Source of the DNA: an uncultured Actinomycetes bacterium | Lineage (GTDB): Bacteria; Actinomycetota; Thermoleophilia; UBA2241 | DNA: 64,000 bases | NCBI GenBank assembly: GCA_963767005.1 | Contig: CAVYCN010000012.1 | Coordinates: forward strand, 64,001-128,000 | Direction of reading: 5' to 3' | Part shown: in pieces, positions 9,820 through 20,061 of the stretch | Layout of the letters: each line of letters opens with the position of its first letter | Numbering within the stretch: the first letter of the stretch is position 1 | Notes under the pieces: model-generated | Told to the model about the DNA's origin: nothing | The model's database searches: none | The model's input: only the letters and a program-made list of their open reading frames with translations | Translations under genes and position numbers: made by a program

Positions 9820-11395
9820 CGCCTCGCACCCCCGATCGCCACGCCCTCGCCGTCGTGGCGCCGGCGTCATCGCCTCGCGGCAGTGATTCCCCGGGCACCG
9901 GAGAAGAGTGCCCGGTGGCCGCGGGTCGTGTGAGCGACACGAGACCGCCGATCAGGGCCATCGCCGCGGCGACCGTCATCGCCAGGCGGAAGCCCTGCGT
10001 GTACAGGCCGCCCGAGTCGACGACCCGTGCTCCCAGGAAGATGACCTTCCCGCCGACCGGACCGAGCCGGGAGCCGGCGATGCCGCCGAGCAGCGCCACC
10101 GACACCGCCTGGCCGGTGAACCGCATGGTGGCAAGGAACGAGGCGGCGACGCCGAGCCGGGAGCGCTCGACCGCGCCCATCACCGCCGAGGTGTTGGGCG
10201 CGCTGAACGCGGCCATGCCGAGCCCCACCACGGCCAGCGCGGCCATCACCCGCGGTACCGAGGCGGCCTGCGACATGGTCGCGAGCAGGACCAGCCCGAC
10301 GGCGATCAGCAGCATGCCGCCGCTCGCCAAGGTGCGCGTACCGATACGGTCCGACAGCCGGCCGGCCGGCTCCGACAGCGCCGCCATGAGGACCGGCTGC
10401 GAGATCAGCATGAGCCCGGCGACCTGCGGCGAGCGATGCTGCGCCACCTCGAGGAAGACGGCGGTGAGCACCGTCACCGCGTTCATCGCCGCGTAGTTGA
10501 GCAGGGCCGCCAGGTTGGCGGTGGCGAACAGACGGTTGTGCCGCAGGAGGGTCAGGTCGAACACCGGGTCGGCGCGGCGGCTCTCGACGGCGACGAACGC
10601 CGCGCCGGCCAGCACCGCCGCGGCGAGGAGCCCGAGCGCCGCGGGCGAGACCCAGCCCCACTGGAACCCGAAGGTGAGGGGCACGATGAAGGCCGCGAGC
10701 GCGAAGGCGAGCAGGGCGGCGCCGGCGAGATCGAACGACCTCGCCGGCGCCGCCCCCGCCGCCTCGCGATCCTGACGTTCGGCCGGCAGCAGGGAGCGGC
10801 CGGCGAGCAGCGTGGCTGCGCCGATCGGGATGTTCACGTAGAAGATCCAGCGCCAGCTGTCGGCGGCGGCCGGGAACGTGAGGTGCTGCACGATGAGGCC
10901 GCCGAGCAGCGGCCCGACCGTGAGCCCGACGTACACCCACATCGTCATGAACCCGAGCGCGCGGCCGCGCTCGGCCGGCGGGTAGGCGGCCGTGACGAGG
11001 GCGGCCGCCGTCGCGCTGAGCAGAGCCCCGCCCACGCCCTGTACGACGCGTGCGGCGATCAGGACGGCGGCGTCGGGGGCAAGGCCCGACGCCACGGAGC
11101 CGGCGGTGAACACGACCACGCCGGCCAGGAAGAAGCGCACGCGACCGTGCTCGTCGGCGAGCCGGCCGAGAGGCACGAGGCACGCGCTGATGGCGAGCAG
11201 GTAGGCCGCCTGGACCCAGATCGCCTCGCTGTAGCTGAGCTGCAGGGAGCGGGCGATCGGCTGCAGGGCGACCGACACGATGCTGCCGTCGAGCGGCGTC
11301 ATGAAGATGCCGATCGACGCAAGGGCCAGGACCCGCCGTCGGTGGCGGTGCAGCGCGGTATCCGGCCGCGGGCCGGCGGGGCTCTCAGACGACAT
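9806..11395 (-). CDS. DHA2-type (14 TM) MFS transporter
   Basis: FMTPLDGSIVSVA, GRLADEHGR, WRWIFYVNIPIG. Confidence 0.9.
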   Translation of the reverse strand: MSSESPAGPRPDTALHRHRRRVLALASIGIFMTPLDGSIVSVALQPIARSLQLSYSEAIWVQAAYLLAISACLVPLGRLADEHGRVRFFLAGVVVFTAGSVASGLAPDAAVLIAARVVQGVGGALLSATAAALVTAAYPPAERGRALGFMTMWVYVGLTVGPLLGGLIVQHLTFPAAADSWRWIFYVNIPIGAATLLAGRSLLPAERQDREAAGAAPARSFDLAGAALLAFALAAFIVPLTFGFQWGWVSPAALGLLAAAVLAGAAFVAVESRRADPVFDLTLLRHNRLFATANLAALLNYAAMNAVTVLTAVFLEVAQHRSPQVAGLMLISQPVLMAALSEPAGRLSDRIGTRTLASGGMLLIAVGLVLLATMSQAASVPRVMAALAVVGLGMAAFSAPNTSAVMGAVERSRLGVAASFLATMRFTGQAVSVALLGGIAGSRLGPVGGKVIFLGARVVDSGGLYTQGFRLAMTVAAAMALIGGLVSLTRPAATGHSSPVPGESLPRGDDAGATTARAWRSGVRGDERE

Positions 11396-11446
11396 GGCGG
11401 AACGGTACCACCGGCGCCGCGACTTGAGACCTCGCGCGGGCGCTGA

Positions 11447-13021
11447 CTACCGGCGCGCCGGCTCCTGGGAGGGCTGGCCCACCCCGGCCGCACGGACGGC
11501 GCGCAGCGCCGCCTCATGACGCTCCCAGAGGCCGTCCCACACACGGGCGCGCGACTCGTCGGGCATGAAGGCCTCGACCGTGGCGGGCGCGGCGGCGGGG
11601 CGGCCGCGGCCGACGGCCGCAGCCGCCAGCACCGCCGCGCCGATCGCCGAGTACTCGCTCTCGCCGTGGGCGGCGTAGACGACGTCGCGCCGGCAGGCGT
11701 CGGCGAGCTGCCGCCGGAAGCTCTGGTCGACGGCGCTGCCACCGGCCACGCACACCGGGCCGCGCGGCAGACCGGCCTGCTCGAGCACTTCGAGGCAACG
11801 CCGCGTCTCGAGCACGATGCCGTCGACCAGGGCGCGCGCCACCTCGGCGGCGCCGTGCCCCAGGCTGAGGCCGAGGAGCGAGCCGGAGAGGAGCGGGTCC
11901 CAGAGGGCGCCCTGCTCGCCGGGGGCGAGGTAGGGCAGGAACGAGAGGCCGCCGGCGCCCGGCGCGACGCGCGCCGCCATGGCCATGAGCGCCGCCTCGT
12001 CGCCGCCGGCCTCGCCCAGCAGGCCGGCGAGCCAGTGGAACGCGCTGCCCGTCGTGAGCAGGTCCATCTCGAAGCCCCAGCCGTCGATGCCGGCGAGCGG
12101 CGTGATGAGGTACCGGTGACCGGGATCGATCACGAGCCGGTCGGCGACGCCGAGCAGCACCGTGCTCGTGCCGGCGATGCAGGCGACGCCGCCGGCGTGC
12201 TGGACGCCGAGGCCCAGGCAGCCGAGCACCGAGTCGGCCCCGCCCACGCAGACCGGCAGATCCGGCGGTAGGCCGAGACAGGCGGCGACCGCGGGCGCGA
12301 CGGGGCGCGTCGCGGTCGAGGGCAGGACCGCCGGCAGGGCCGGCAGGGCATACGCCGGCTCGCCGCCGGACGGCGACTCGTCGCCCGACGCCGTCGCGCG
12401 GGCGGCGGCGCGCAGCTCGTCGGCGGCCGCCGCGACGACCTCGTCGAGCCACTCCCCCGCCTCGAGCCCGTAGCAGCCGAAGCCGCTCGCCGTGCTCGGG
12501 TCGGTCGCGGCCTCGCCGGTCAGGCGCAGGAACAGCCAATCCTTGGCGCCGAGCAGCAGGCGCGCGCGGCGCGCCGCTTGCGGCGCGACGCGCGCCAGGC
12601 GCAGGAACATGGGCAGCAGGTAACGGCCGTCGACCCACTGGCCGGTGCGCGCGTAGAGCCGGTCGCCGTCGAGGCGGACGCGCAGCGCCTCGCCCTCGGG
12701 CTCGGCGCGCGCGTCCTCCCAGGTGATGGCGGGCGCGACCGGCTCGCCGGCGTCGTCGGCGAGCACGAGCGTCGGGATCATGCCCGACAGGCCGACCGCC
12801 GCCCAGCGCTCGCGGGGAGCGCCGGCGGCGAGCGCCGCGACGACCTGTTCGAGCGCACGCCACCAGTCGTGCGGCGACTGCTCGGCGGCGCCGGCCTCGG
12901 GGCGCTGCGTGGGGTAATCGGCGCGGGCGCGGGCGGCGACCTCGCCGCCCGCGCTCACCGCCACGCCCTTGAGGCTCGAGGTGCCCAGGTCGAGCCCGAC
13001 GAACAGCTCGCCGTCCGTCAC
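11447..13021 (-). CDS. FGGY-family carbohydrate kinase (xylulokinase-like)
   Basis: GLDLGTSSLK, WED.RA, GGADS, FLPYLAPGE; GTG start at 13021. Confidence 0.88.
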   Translation of the reverse strand: MTDGELFVGLDLGTSSLKGVAVSAGGEVAARARADYPTQRPEAGAAEQSPHDWWRALEQVVAALAAGAPRERWAAVGLSGMIPTLVLADDAGEPVAPAITWEDARAEPEGEALRVRLDGDRLYARTGQWVDGRYLLPMFLRLARVAPQAARRARLLLGAKDWLFLRLTGEAATDPSTASGFGCYGLEAGEWLDEVVAAAADELRAAARATASGDESPSGGEPAYALPALPAVLPSTATRPVAPAVAACLGLPPDLPVCVGGADSVLGCLGLGVQHAGGVACIAGTSTVLLGVADRLVIDPGHRYLITPLAGIDGWGFEMDLLTTGSAFHWLAGLLGEAGGDEAALMAMAARVAPGAGGLSFLPYLAPGEQGALWDPLLSGSLLGLSLGHGAAEVARALVDGIVLETRRCLEVLEQAGLPRGPVCVAGGSAVDQSFRRQLADACRRDVVYAAHGESEYSAIGAAVLAAAAVGRGRPAAAPATVEAFMPDESRARVWDGLWERHEAALRAVRAAGVGQPSQEPARR

Positions 13022-13055
13022 AGACCGGGCCTCTTGTTCAGGGGTTCGCCGCCGG

Positions 13056-14528
13056 TCACAGACCGAACCCCTCGCTGGGCGGCTCGGGCTTGTCGAAGGC
13101 GGCCTCGACCTTGTCGCCGAAGCTCGTGGTCGGATCGCTGTAGAACTTCGCGTGGCCCACCGCCTTGGCGACGAACGACAGCGGAATGGCGGCGAGCGCC
13201 AGTCCGAATCCGAGGCCGATCTCGGCGCCCGAAAGCGCACCGGTCGCCAGCTCGTAGACGATCACGAAGACCATGAAGGCGGCGCCGAAGCCGGGCAGGA
13301 TGCCGCCGAGCACGAAGTTGCCGACACTCCGCGTAATGGTCCTGCGGTAGTACCAGACGGCCGTGCTCGCCGTGAGGAAGTAGAAGATCGCCGCCATCAG
13401 CCCCAGAGTGTCGACGATGTTCAGGAGAGCGTTGCCGATGCTCGAGAAGAGCGTCGTGCCCCAGAGGAAGACGACGTTGAGCAGGCCGAGCAGGATGGTC
13501 GCGTTCCACGGTGTGAGGTAGCGCGGGTGGACGCTGTCGAAGAACTTCGGGAACACGCGGTCGCGGCCCATGGCGAACGAGATGCGACCGGAGCTCACGA
13601 TCGCGGCCTGCAGGCTGGCGAGCGTGCCGCCGAGCACGGCCACGATCATCACGTTCTTCCAGAAGCCGCCACCGATCGTGTTGCCGACGTAGGCCAGGAT
13701 GTTCGCCTGGTTGGCGGACAGCGTGCCGATCGAAGCGACGCCCTGGAACGAGAAGATCACGAACGAGTAGATGAACAGGAGGATGACCACGCTCATGATC
13801 GCGGCCGATCCGGCCTGCTTGCCCTTGGCCTCTTCACCGACGTACGCCGCGGTGTCCCATCCGGAGTACAGGAAGATGGCGATCAGGATGCCGCCGACGA
13901 GGCCGGTCTTCGGCAGCGTGAAGAGCGAGCTCGCGGTGTGCACCGAGCCCGACAGTCCCGTGCTGTAGATCATGATCAGGGCCGCGATCGAGAAACCGAT
14001 GATGAGCGCGTACTCGAACACCGCCCAGACCCAGTTGAAGCGGGCCGAGAGCTTGATGCCGAGGGCCGCGATGATCAGCACGATGATGTTGAAGACGCTG
14101 CCGACGAACGCCACCCAGTACTTGTTGTTGGCGGCGCTATTCGAGAAGAAGCTCAGAAAGTACGTGCCGAGCGGCACGGTGAGGCTGGTCGTGCCGATCG
14201 TGTAGTACATCAGCATGATCCAGCCAGCGAAGAAGCCGGCGTGCGGGTTGAGCGCGCGGCCGACCCACGAGTAGGTCGCGCCGGCGCTCGGCTGCCAGGC
14301 GTTCAGACGCTGGTAGCCGATGGCGATGCCCATCATCGGGATGAAGCAGATGAGGATCGCCATGAAGGTGTGGTAGTAGACGGCCGCGATCAGGCCGAAC
14401 ATGCCCACGGCGATGCTCTGCGTGGGCCCCGAGCTTGCCAACGCCATGATGACCACGTCGCCGATCCGCAGGGCGCCGGCCTTGAGGCCGCTCTGGCCGG
14501 TCGATGGCTGTAACGTGAGGTCGGACAT
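13056..14528 (-). CDS. APC-family amino acid/amine permease
   Basis: 12 TM, YSGWDTAAYVGEEA, SSGRISFAMGRD. Confidence 0.9.
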   Translation of the reverse strand: MSDLTLQPSTGQSGLKAGALRIGDVVIMALASSGPTQSIAVGMFGLIAAVYYHTFMAILICFIPMMGIAIGYQRLNAWQPSAGATYSWVGRALNPHAGFFAGWIMLMYYTIGTTSLTVPLGTYFLSFFSNSAANNKYWVAFVGSVFNIIVLIIAALGIKLSARFNWVWAVFEYALIIGFSIAALIMIYSTGLSGSVHTASSLFTLPKTGLVGGILIAIFLYSGWDTAAYVGEEAKGKQAGSAAIMSVVILLFIYSFVIFSFQGVASIGTLSANQANILAYVGNTIGGGFWKNVMIVAVLGGTLASLQAAIVSSGRISFAMGRDRVFPKFFDSVHPRYLTPWNATILLGLLNVVFLWGTTLFSSIGNALLNIVDTLGLMAAIFYFLTASTAVWYYRRTITRSVGNFVLGGILPGFGAAFMVFVIVYELATGALSGAEIGLGFGLALAAIPLSFVAKAVGHAKFYSDPTTSFGDKVEAAFDKPEPPSEGFGL

Positions 14529-14541
14529 GGGACTCCCCCTT

Positions 14542-15402
14542 TCAGGGACGGCCGTGCGGCCGGGAACGGGAGTGTGAGGAGCGCGTCGACCGGTCGCCGT
14601 CGCCAGCGGCGGCGACCGGCGTCACGCTCCAGTCGCGCAGGTCGCTGCCGCGGAACACGTGGCGCGCGGTCTGGCCGGAGATCGAGAAGACGACCTCTTC
14701 GGCCGGGTAGACCTGCTCGAAGCAGTCGAACGGGCGGGCGTGCTTGTCGAAGCTGACGCCGCGCAGCCGCACCACCTGGTCGCCGCGGGCGAGCTCGAGC
14801 AGACGGCGCTCGGCCGCGCTCGGCGTGACGACCTCGAGGAACTGCTCCTCGTAGTCGTCGTCGAGCCCGTAGCGCCGGGCGAGCAGGCGGTAGAGCGAGT
14901 CGGCGATCTCGGCGCTGCGTCCGTCGAGGCCGGGCGCCAGGACGACCGGGATCACGGCGCGCTCGGCGATCATCGGGCGACCGTCGACGACCCGCAGACG
15001 GCGTACCGTCCACACGTGGTCGTCGGCGCCGAGCTGCAGGGCGTGCGCGAGGGCGGGCGACGGTGCGCACCGTTCGATGCCCAGGATCCTGGTCGTGAGC
15101 TCGTGCGCGCCGTGCTCCTCGGCGAGCGTGCCCAGCAGGCCGCCGGCACGACCCGGCTCGCTCACCAGGCGGGGTCGGGCGACGAACGTGCCGAGCCCCT
15201 GGTGGCTGCGCACCTTGCCCTCGTGCTCGAGCTCGGCGAGGGCGCGGCGCACCGTGATCAGGCTCACGCCGGCCATCGCCGCGAGCTCGCCGCGGCTCGG
15301 CAGCAGATCGCCGGGGCCGAGCCGTTGCTCGGCGATCAGGCCCTCGACCATGGCCATGACGTCGCGGTACCGCAGTCGTTTGGCATCGGGTGTCTCGGCC
15401 AC
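14542..15402 (-). CDS. GntR/HutC-family regulator with UTRA domain
   Basis: LPSRGELAAMAGVSLITVRRAL...QGLGTFV; GGGAGG RBS before GTG at 15402. Confidence 0.9.
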   Translation of the reverse strand: MAETPDAKRLRYRDVMAMVEGLIAEQRLGPGDLLPSRGELAAMAGVSLITVRRALAELEHEGKVRSHQGLGTFVARPRLVSEPGRAGGLLGTLAEEHGAHELTTRILGIERCAPSPALAHALQLGADDHVWTVRRLRVVDGRPMIAERAVIPVVLAPGLDGRSAEIADSLYRLLARRYGLDDDYEEQFLEVVTPSAAERRLLELARGDQVVRLRGVSFDKHARPFDCFEQVYPAEEVVFSISGQTARHVFRGSDLRDWSVTPVAAAGDGDRSTRSSHSRSRPHGRP

Positions 15403-15428
15403 GCTGACCTCCCTCGGACGACGCCGTC

Positions 15429-16790
15429 TCAGACGGCCGCCCTCTCGGCGGCGAGGATCGGGAACACTTCGGCCGCCGCGGCGAGCGTCTGGTCGACGTC
15501 GGCGTCGGTGTGTACGAGGCTCACGAACAGGTTCTCGAACTGGCTCGGATGGAAGATCACGCCGCGCAGCAGCATCTCCTGCCACCAGCGCGTGAAGAAC
15601 GCCTCGTCGGCATGAGCGCGCGCCTCGCGCCAGTCGTGGATCGGGTGCTCCGAGAACCAGAGCTGGAACACCGTGCCCAGGCCCTCGACCTGGACCGGCA
15701 CGCCGTGCTCGGCGGCGAGGTCGCGCAGGCCCTGGGCGAGGCGGTCGCCGACCGCCCGCTGGCGCTCGTACAGGCCGGGCTCGGCCAGAAGGTCCATAGT
15801 GGCCGACACCGCGGCGCACTGCACGACGTTGGCGTTGTAGGTGCCCGAGTGCGAGTAGCGGCCGTCGTCGATCATCGCCATGACCGCGCGCGAGCCGCCG
15901 ATCGCGGCGACGGGAAAGCCGCCGCCGAGCCCCTTCGCCAGGGTGGTGAGGTCGGGCATGACGCCGTACCACTCCTGGCCGCCGCCCCGACAGAAGCGAA
16001 AGCCGGTGATGACCTCGTCGAAGATCAGCAGGGCGCCGTGCTTGCGGGTCTCGGCGCGCAGCAGCTCGAGATAGCCGGGACGCGGCAGGATGCAGCCGGT
16101 GTTGAACATCGCCGGCTCGGTGATGACCGCGGCGATCTCGTCGCCGTGCTCGTCCATGACCCGGCGGAAGCCGTCGGCGTCGTTCCACGAGAGCACGACG
16201 AGGGTGTCGGCGAGCTCCTGAGGCACCCCCGGCCCTGAGGGGACCGGCCGCGGCCGGTCGGCGGGGCCGGCTGCGGCGGGGTCGACGTGGTTGCTCCAGT
16301 ACACGACGTCCTGCCAGCCGTGGTAGTGGCCCTCGAAGCGCACCAGCAGGCGGCGCCCGGTGACGGCCCGGGCGAGGCGCACGGCGGTGCCGACCGCCTC
16401 GCTGCCCGAGTTCGTGAAGCGCACCATCTCGACGCTCGGCACGGCCGCGATGACCTTCTCGGCGGCCTCGATCTCGAGCTCGTAGGGCACCCCGAAACAG
16501 GTGCCGAGCTCGGCTACGGCGTCGTGCACCGCGGCGGTCACGACGGGGTGACGATGTCCGAGGATCATGGGGCCCAGGCCCAGCAGGTAGTCGATGTACT
16601 CGTTGCCGTCGACATCGGTCATGCGCGAGCCGGTGCCCTGTGCCATGAACGGGGGATAGGGCACCCAGCCGAACTTGAACGTGCGGGCGCTCGAGCCGGC
16701 GCCGGCCGGGATCGCGCGGCGGGCGCGGCCGAACAGCTCTGCCGAGCCTTGCGTGCGCTCTTCGTAGCGCGCTTCGAAATCCATCAGCAT
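15429..16790 (-). CDS. Class III PLP aminotransferase (GSA-aminomutase/HemL-like paralogue)
   Basis: FTNSGSEA, YHGW.D, FDEVITGFR, TTLAKGLGGG, HSGTYNAN; catabolic context. Confidence 0.88.
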   Translation of the reverse strand: MLMDFEARYEERTQGSAELFGRARRAIPAGAGSSARTFKFGWVPYPPFMAQGTGSRMTDVDGNEYIDYLLGLGPMILGHRHPVVTAAVHDAVAELGTCFGVPYELEIEAAEKVIAAVPSVEMVRFTNSGSEAVGTAVRLARAVTGRRLLVRFEGHYHGWQDVVYWSNHVDPAAAGPADRPRPVPSGPGVPQELADTLVVLSWNDADGFRRVMDEHGDEIAAVITEPAMFNTGCILPRPGYLELLRAETRKHGALLIFDEVITGFRFCRGGGQEWYGVMPDLTTLAKGLGGGFPVAAIGGSRAVMAMIDDGRYSHSGTYNANVVQCAAVSATMDLLAEPGLYERQRAVGDRLAQGLRDLAAEHGVPVQVEGLGTVFQLWFSEHPIHDWREARAHADEAFFTRWWQEMLLRGVIFHPSQFENLFVSLVHTDADVDQTLAAAAEVFPILAAERAAV

Positions 16791-16885
16791 CCACTCCTCG
16801 GGTACCGTGACGCGCCGTACACCCGGTGCGCCGGGGCCGCGCGCCGGGGCCGCCGAAGCCGGTCCGTCCGCGCGGAGACCTGTCT

Positions 16886-16900
16886 GTATGGTGAGTATAT
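16886..16900. promoter_or_regulatory. Putative GntR operator copy 1 (GTATG-N5-TATAT)
   Basis: Matches the GTATA-N5-TATAC palindrome also seen at 18144 and 21207. Confidence 0.55.
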
Positions 16901-16991
16901 CAAGTGACCAGCCGCGCCCGGCGCAGCGTCTTCTGGACGTACCGTGCAGACGCCGGACTCACGCCTCGGCCACGATCCGCGCGTAGGCGTC

Positions 16992-18119
16992 TCACCCATC
17001 GGCCACGATCCGCGCGTAGGCCTCCGGGTCGGTCGCCCCCTCCGTCGAGAAGACGAGGGCGCACATCGCGGGACCTATCTCGAGCAGGCCCCGCGCCGGC
17101 GCGAGCTCGGGCGCCTCGCAGAGCGCGAGCAGGCCGGCAAGTCCGGCGGCGCCGCTCTCGCCCGACTCGATCCCCTCCGCGGCGAGCAGGCGCATGGCCC
17201 GCACGGCGTAGTCGTCGTCGATCGCGAGGCAACCGTCGAACGTGGCGGCCAGCACAGGCCAGGCGACGAGCGACAGGGTGCCGCAGTTCAGGCCGGCCAT
17301 GATCGAGCGGTGCGGACCGGGGACGGTCACGATCGTGCCCGCCGCGAGCGACTCGAGCATGCAGGCGGCGCCGTCGGGCTCGACCGCGACGAGGGCCGGC
17401 TGCGCGGCGCCCGCGTAGTGCACGCCGACGGCGGCCGCGAGGGCGCCGACGCCGCACTGGACGAGCACGATGTCCGGTCGCGGCGCCCCGAGCTGCGCGA
17501 GCTGCCGGTCGATCTCGCGCAGCAGGGTGGCGTAGCCGTCGATCACGGCCCGGGGCGTGTCTTCGTAGCCGGGCCACGACGTGTCGCTCACGACCAGGCA
17601 CTGACCCTCCGCGTCGCGAGCGGCGCGCGCGACCGCGTCGTCGTAGGAACCCCGCACGACCTCGACGTGCGCACCCTCGGCGGCGATCGCGTCGATGCGC
17701 GCCGGCACCGTCCCGGCCGGCACGTAGATCGTCGCCGCCATATCGAGCAGCGCGGCCATGTGGGCGAGGGCCCTGCCGTGGTTGCCGTCGGTCGCCGTCA
17801 CCAGCCTGAGGCCGGTCAGCGAGGCGGTTCGCGCCTTGAGCTCGGCGAAGGTCCCGGCAGGCGGCAGCCCGAGCCGCCCGGCGATCGCGCGGTTCACGCC
17901 CCACGAGGCGCCGACGATCTTGAAGGCGGGCAGCCCCAGGCAGGACGACAGGTCCTTCACGAGCAGCTCGCCGATGCCCAGGGCGCGCGCCAGCGCGGGC
18001 ACGCGGAGCAGCGGCCCGGGCGCGTAACCCGGCATGCTGCGGTGGAACGTCGTCGGGTCGGGCTCAGGCCGCGCCGCGCCGCGCCTTCGCACGGTCGGCG
18101 CAGCCACGAACCGGTTCAC
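16992..18119 (-). CDS. Diaminopropionate ammonia-lyase family PLP enzyme
   Basis: GLPAFKIVGA, ATDGNHGRA, VSDTSWPGY, SIMAGLNCG, STEGATDP. Confidence 0.88.
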   Translation of the reverse strand: MNRFVAAPTVRRRGAARPEPDPTTFHRSMPGYAPGPLLRVPALARALGIGELLVKDLSSCLGLPAFKIVGASWGVNRAIAGRLGLPPAGTFAELKARTASLTGLRLVTATDGNHGRALAHMAALLDMAATIYVPAGTVPARIDAIAAEGAHVEVVRGSYDDAVARAARDAEGQCLVVSDTSWPGYEDTPRAVIDGYATLLREIDRQLAQLGAPRPDIVLVQCGVGALAAAVGVHYAGAAQPALVAVEPDGAACMLESLAAGTIVTVPGPHRSIMAGLNCGTLSLVAWPVLAATFDGCLAIDDDYAVRAMRLLAAEGIESGESGAAGLAGLLALCEAPELAPARGLLEIGPAMCALVFSTEGATDPEAYARIVADG

Positions 18120-18143
18120 GCGCGGAACCCCCTTGCGTCGTTG

Positions 18144-18158
18144 ACATACCGATTATAC
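18144..18158. promoter_or_regulatory. Putative GntR operator copy 2 (ACATA-CCGAT-TATAC), overlapping TTGACA
   Basis: In the divergent promoter region; shares ATACCGATTATACT with the 21207 copy. Confidence 0.65.
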
Positions 18159-18254
18159 TCAGTTTGCCGGTGAGCCAATGCCGGCGCCGCTCGTCGCGGT
18201 GGGGGTATGCACGGCGGCCCTCCTTTCCGCCGTCAGCAAAAGAAGGGAGTCGCG

Positions 18255-19988
18255 ATGCGACGACGTGTCGGGGTGCGGACGTATGTGGCGGCGACGGCCG
18301 CCGTCCTCAAGGGCGCGCGCCGGCCTGCCGCCGTCGCGACGTATGGTCTTCTTCTCGCGGTGGTCGTGTGCGCCGTGGCGCTGGCCGCCTGCGGCAGCTC
18401 GTCGGGCGGCGGCGGGGGCACTACGACCTCCAGCACCACGCCGCAGCGCGGCGGCACGCTCGTCGTGACCTTCCAGGCCGACCCGGTGACGCTCGACCCG
18501 GCGATCGATTTCGAGGGTCCGGGCTGGGCCCTCGAGCACTGCCTCTTCGGCAACCTGCTCAACTACTCGAGCGGGCCGGGGGCGGACGGCACGAAGATCA
18601 TCGCCGACATGGCGACCGAGGTGCCGACCGTGGCCAACGGCGGCATCACCAACGGCGGCAAGACGTACATCTTCCACATTCGGCCCGGCATCAAGTTCGC
18701 CCCGCCCGTGAACCGCGAGTGCACCGCCGCCGACTTCGTCTACAGCTTCCAGCGCATGATGAGCTCACCGACGGCTCCCGGAAAGGGCTACTACGCGGGC
18801 ATCGTCGGCGAGCAGGCCTTCTTGGACGGCAAGGCCAAGACGATCGCCGGCTACAGGGCGACCGGCAAGTACACTCTCGAGGTCGACCTCGAGCAGCCCA
18901 ACGCCACGTTCCTCAACATCATGGAGATGCCGTTCAACGCCCCGCTGGCCAGGGAGTGGGTCGCCAAGTGGGGCAAGCAGGTCGGCCGGCATCCGCTGGG
19001 GACGGGGCCGTACGTGCTCGACCACTGGCAGGCCGCCCAGGACATCCTCATCACCCGCAACCCGAACTACACGGGGACGGCAGGCTACCTCGACGCCATC
19101 CACTTCGAGTACTCGATCACGCCGGACACGGCCGTGCTCAAGGTGCAGAGCGGCGACGCCGACCTGCTCGGCGACTACATCCCGCCGGCCAACTACCCCG
19201 GTCTGATCGCGAACCCGCAGTGGAAGAGTCAGGTGGTCGTCGAACCCGCCGTCGCGCTGAACTGCCTGTTCATGAACGTCACGGTCAAGCCGTTCGACAA
19301 CCTGCTCGTGCGCCAGGCGATCGAGTGGGCGATCGACCGGCAGAAGATCGTGAAGCTGCTCTCGGGGACGGGCATGGCGCTCGACCAGATCTACCCCGCC
19401 GGCCTGCCCGGCCACGTCGACGGCGCCGCCGGCAACTTTTACGGCTACGACCCGGCCAAGGCCAAGCAGCTCCTGAGTCAGGCCGGCTTCCCCAACGGCT
19501 TCAGCACGACCCTGTACTCGAGCAACGTGGCGCCCTGGCCGACGCTGCTCCAGTCCATCCAGTACGACCTCGCCCAGGTGGGCATCAAGGCGAACATCAA
19601 GCTGCTCGAGCAGGCGACGTACTGGGCGCAGATCGGCAAGAAGGGCGCCTGCGGCGTCGGCATGAACAACTGGTGGATGGACTATCCCGACCCGTTCGAC
19701 TTCATCAACGGCATGCTCAGCAAGAGCACGGCGATCAACCTGGGCAGCAACCCGAGCTTCTGGTGGGACCCGACGATCGAGAAGGACCTCGTGCAGGCAC
19801 AGGCCATGACCGACCCGGTCGCCCGCCTTGCGCTGTACGACCAGATGCAGACCCACATCATGGCTCAGGCGCCCCTCGTGCCGCTCTATCAGTCGGTGGT
19901 CACGACGCTGCACTCCAAGCGCACCGGCGGCGTCTACCTGCACCCGGTGTGGATCTTCGACTACGAGCACTACTGGATCACCAAGTAG
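18255..19988 (+). CDS. ABC transporter family-5 (Opp/Dpp-type) substrate-binding lipoprotein, copy 1
   Basis: Lipobox LAAC, TLDPA, GTGPY, KPFDN..VRQAI, YDPAKAKQLL. Confidence 0.9.
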   Translation: MRRRVGVRTYVAATAAVLKGARRPAAVATYGLLLAVVVCAVALAACGSSSGGGGGTTTSSTTPQRGGTLVVTFQADPVTLDPAIDFEGPGWALEHCLFGNLLNYSSGPGADGTKIIADMATEVPTVANGGITNGGKTYIFHIRPGIKFAPPVNRECTAADFVYSFQRMMSSPTAPGKGYYAGIVGEQAFLDGKAKTIAGYRATGKYTLEVDLEQPNATFLNIMEMPFNAPLAREWVAKWGKQVGRHPLGTGPYVLDHWQAAQDILITRNPNYTGTAGYLDAIHFEYSITPDTAVLKVQSGDADLLGDYIPPANYPGLIANPQWKSQVVVEPAVALNCLFMNVTVKPFDNLLVRQAIEWAIDRQKIVKLLSGTGMALDQIYPAGLPGHVDGAAGNFYGYDPAKAKQLLSQAGFPNGFSTTLYSSNVAPWPTLLQSIQYDLAQVGIKANIKLLEQATYWAQIGKKGACGVGMNNWWMDYPDPFDFINGMLSKSTAINLGSNPSFWWDPTIEKDLVQAQAMTDPVARLALYDQMQTHIMAQAPLVPLYQSVVTTLHSKRTGGVYLHPVWIFDYEHYWITK

Positions 19989-20061
19989 GCGGCCGGCTCG
20001 CGCGGCGGCGCGAGCGGCGGCGGCGGGGCGCGCTACGCGCGCCCCGCCGCCGCCGACCCGT

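Noticed and set aside
15429-16790. Naming this gene hemL
   Set aside because: No hem genes nearby and the context is a catabolic operon
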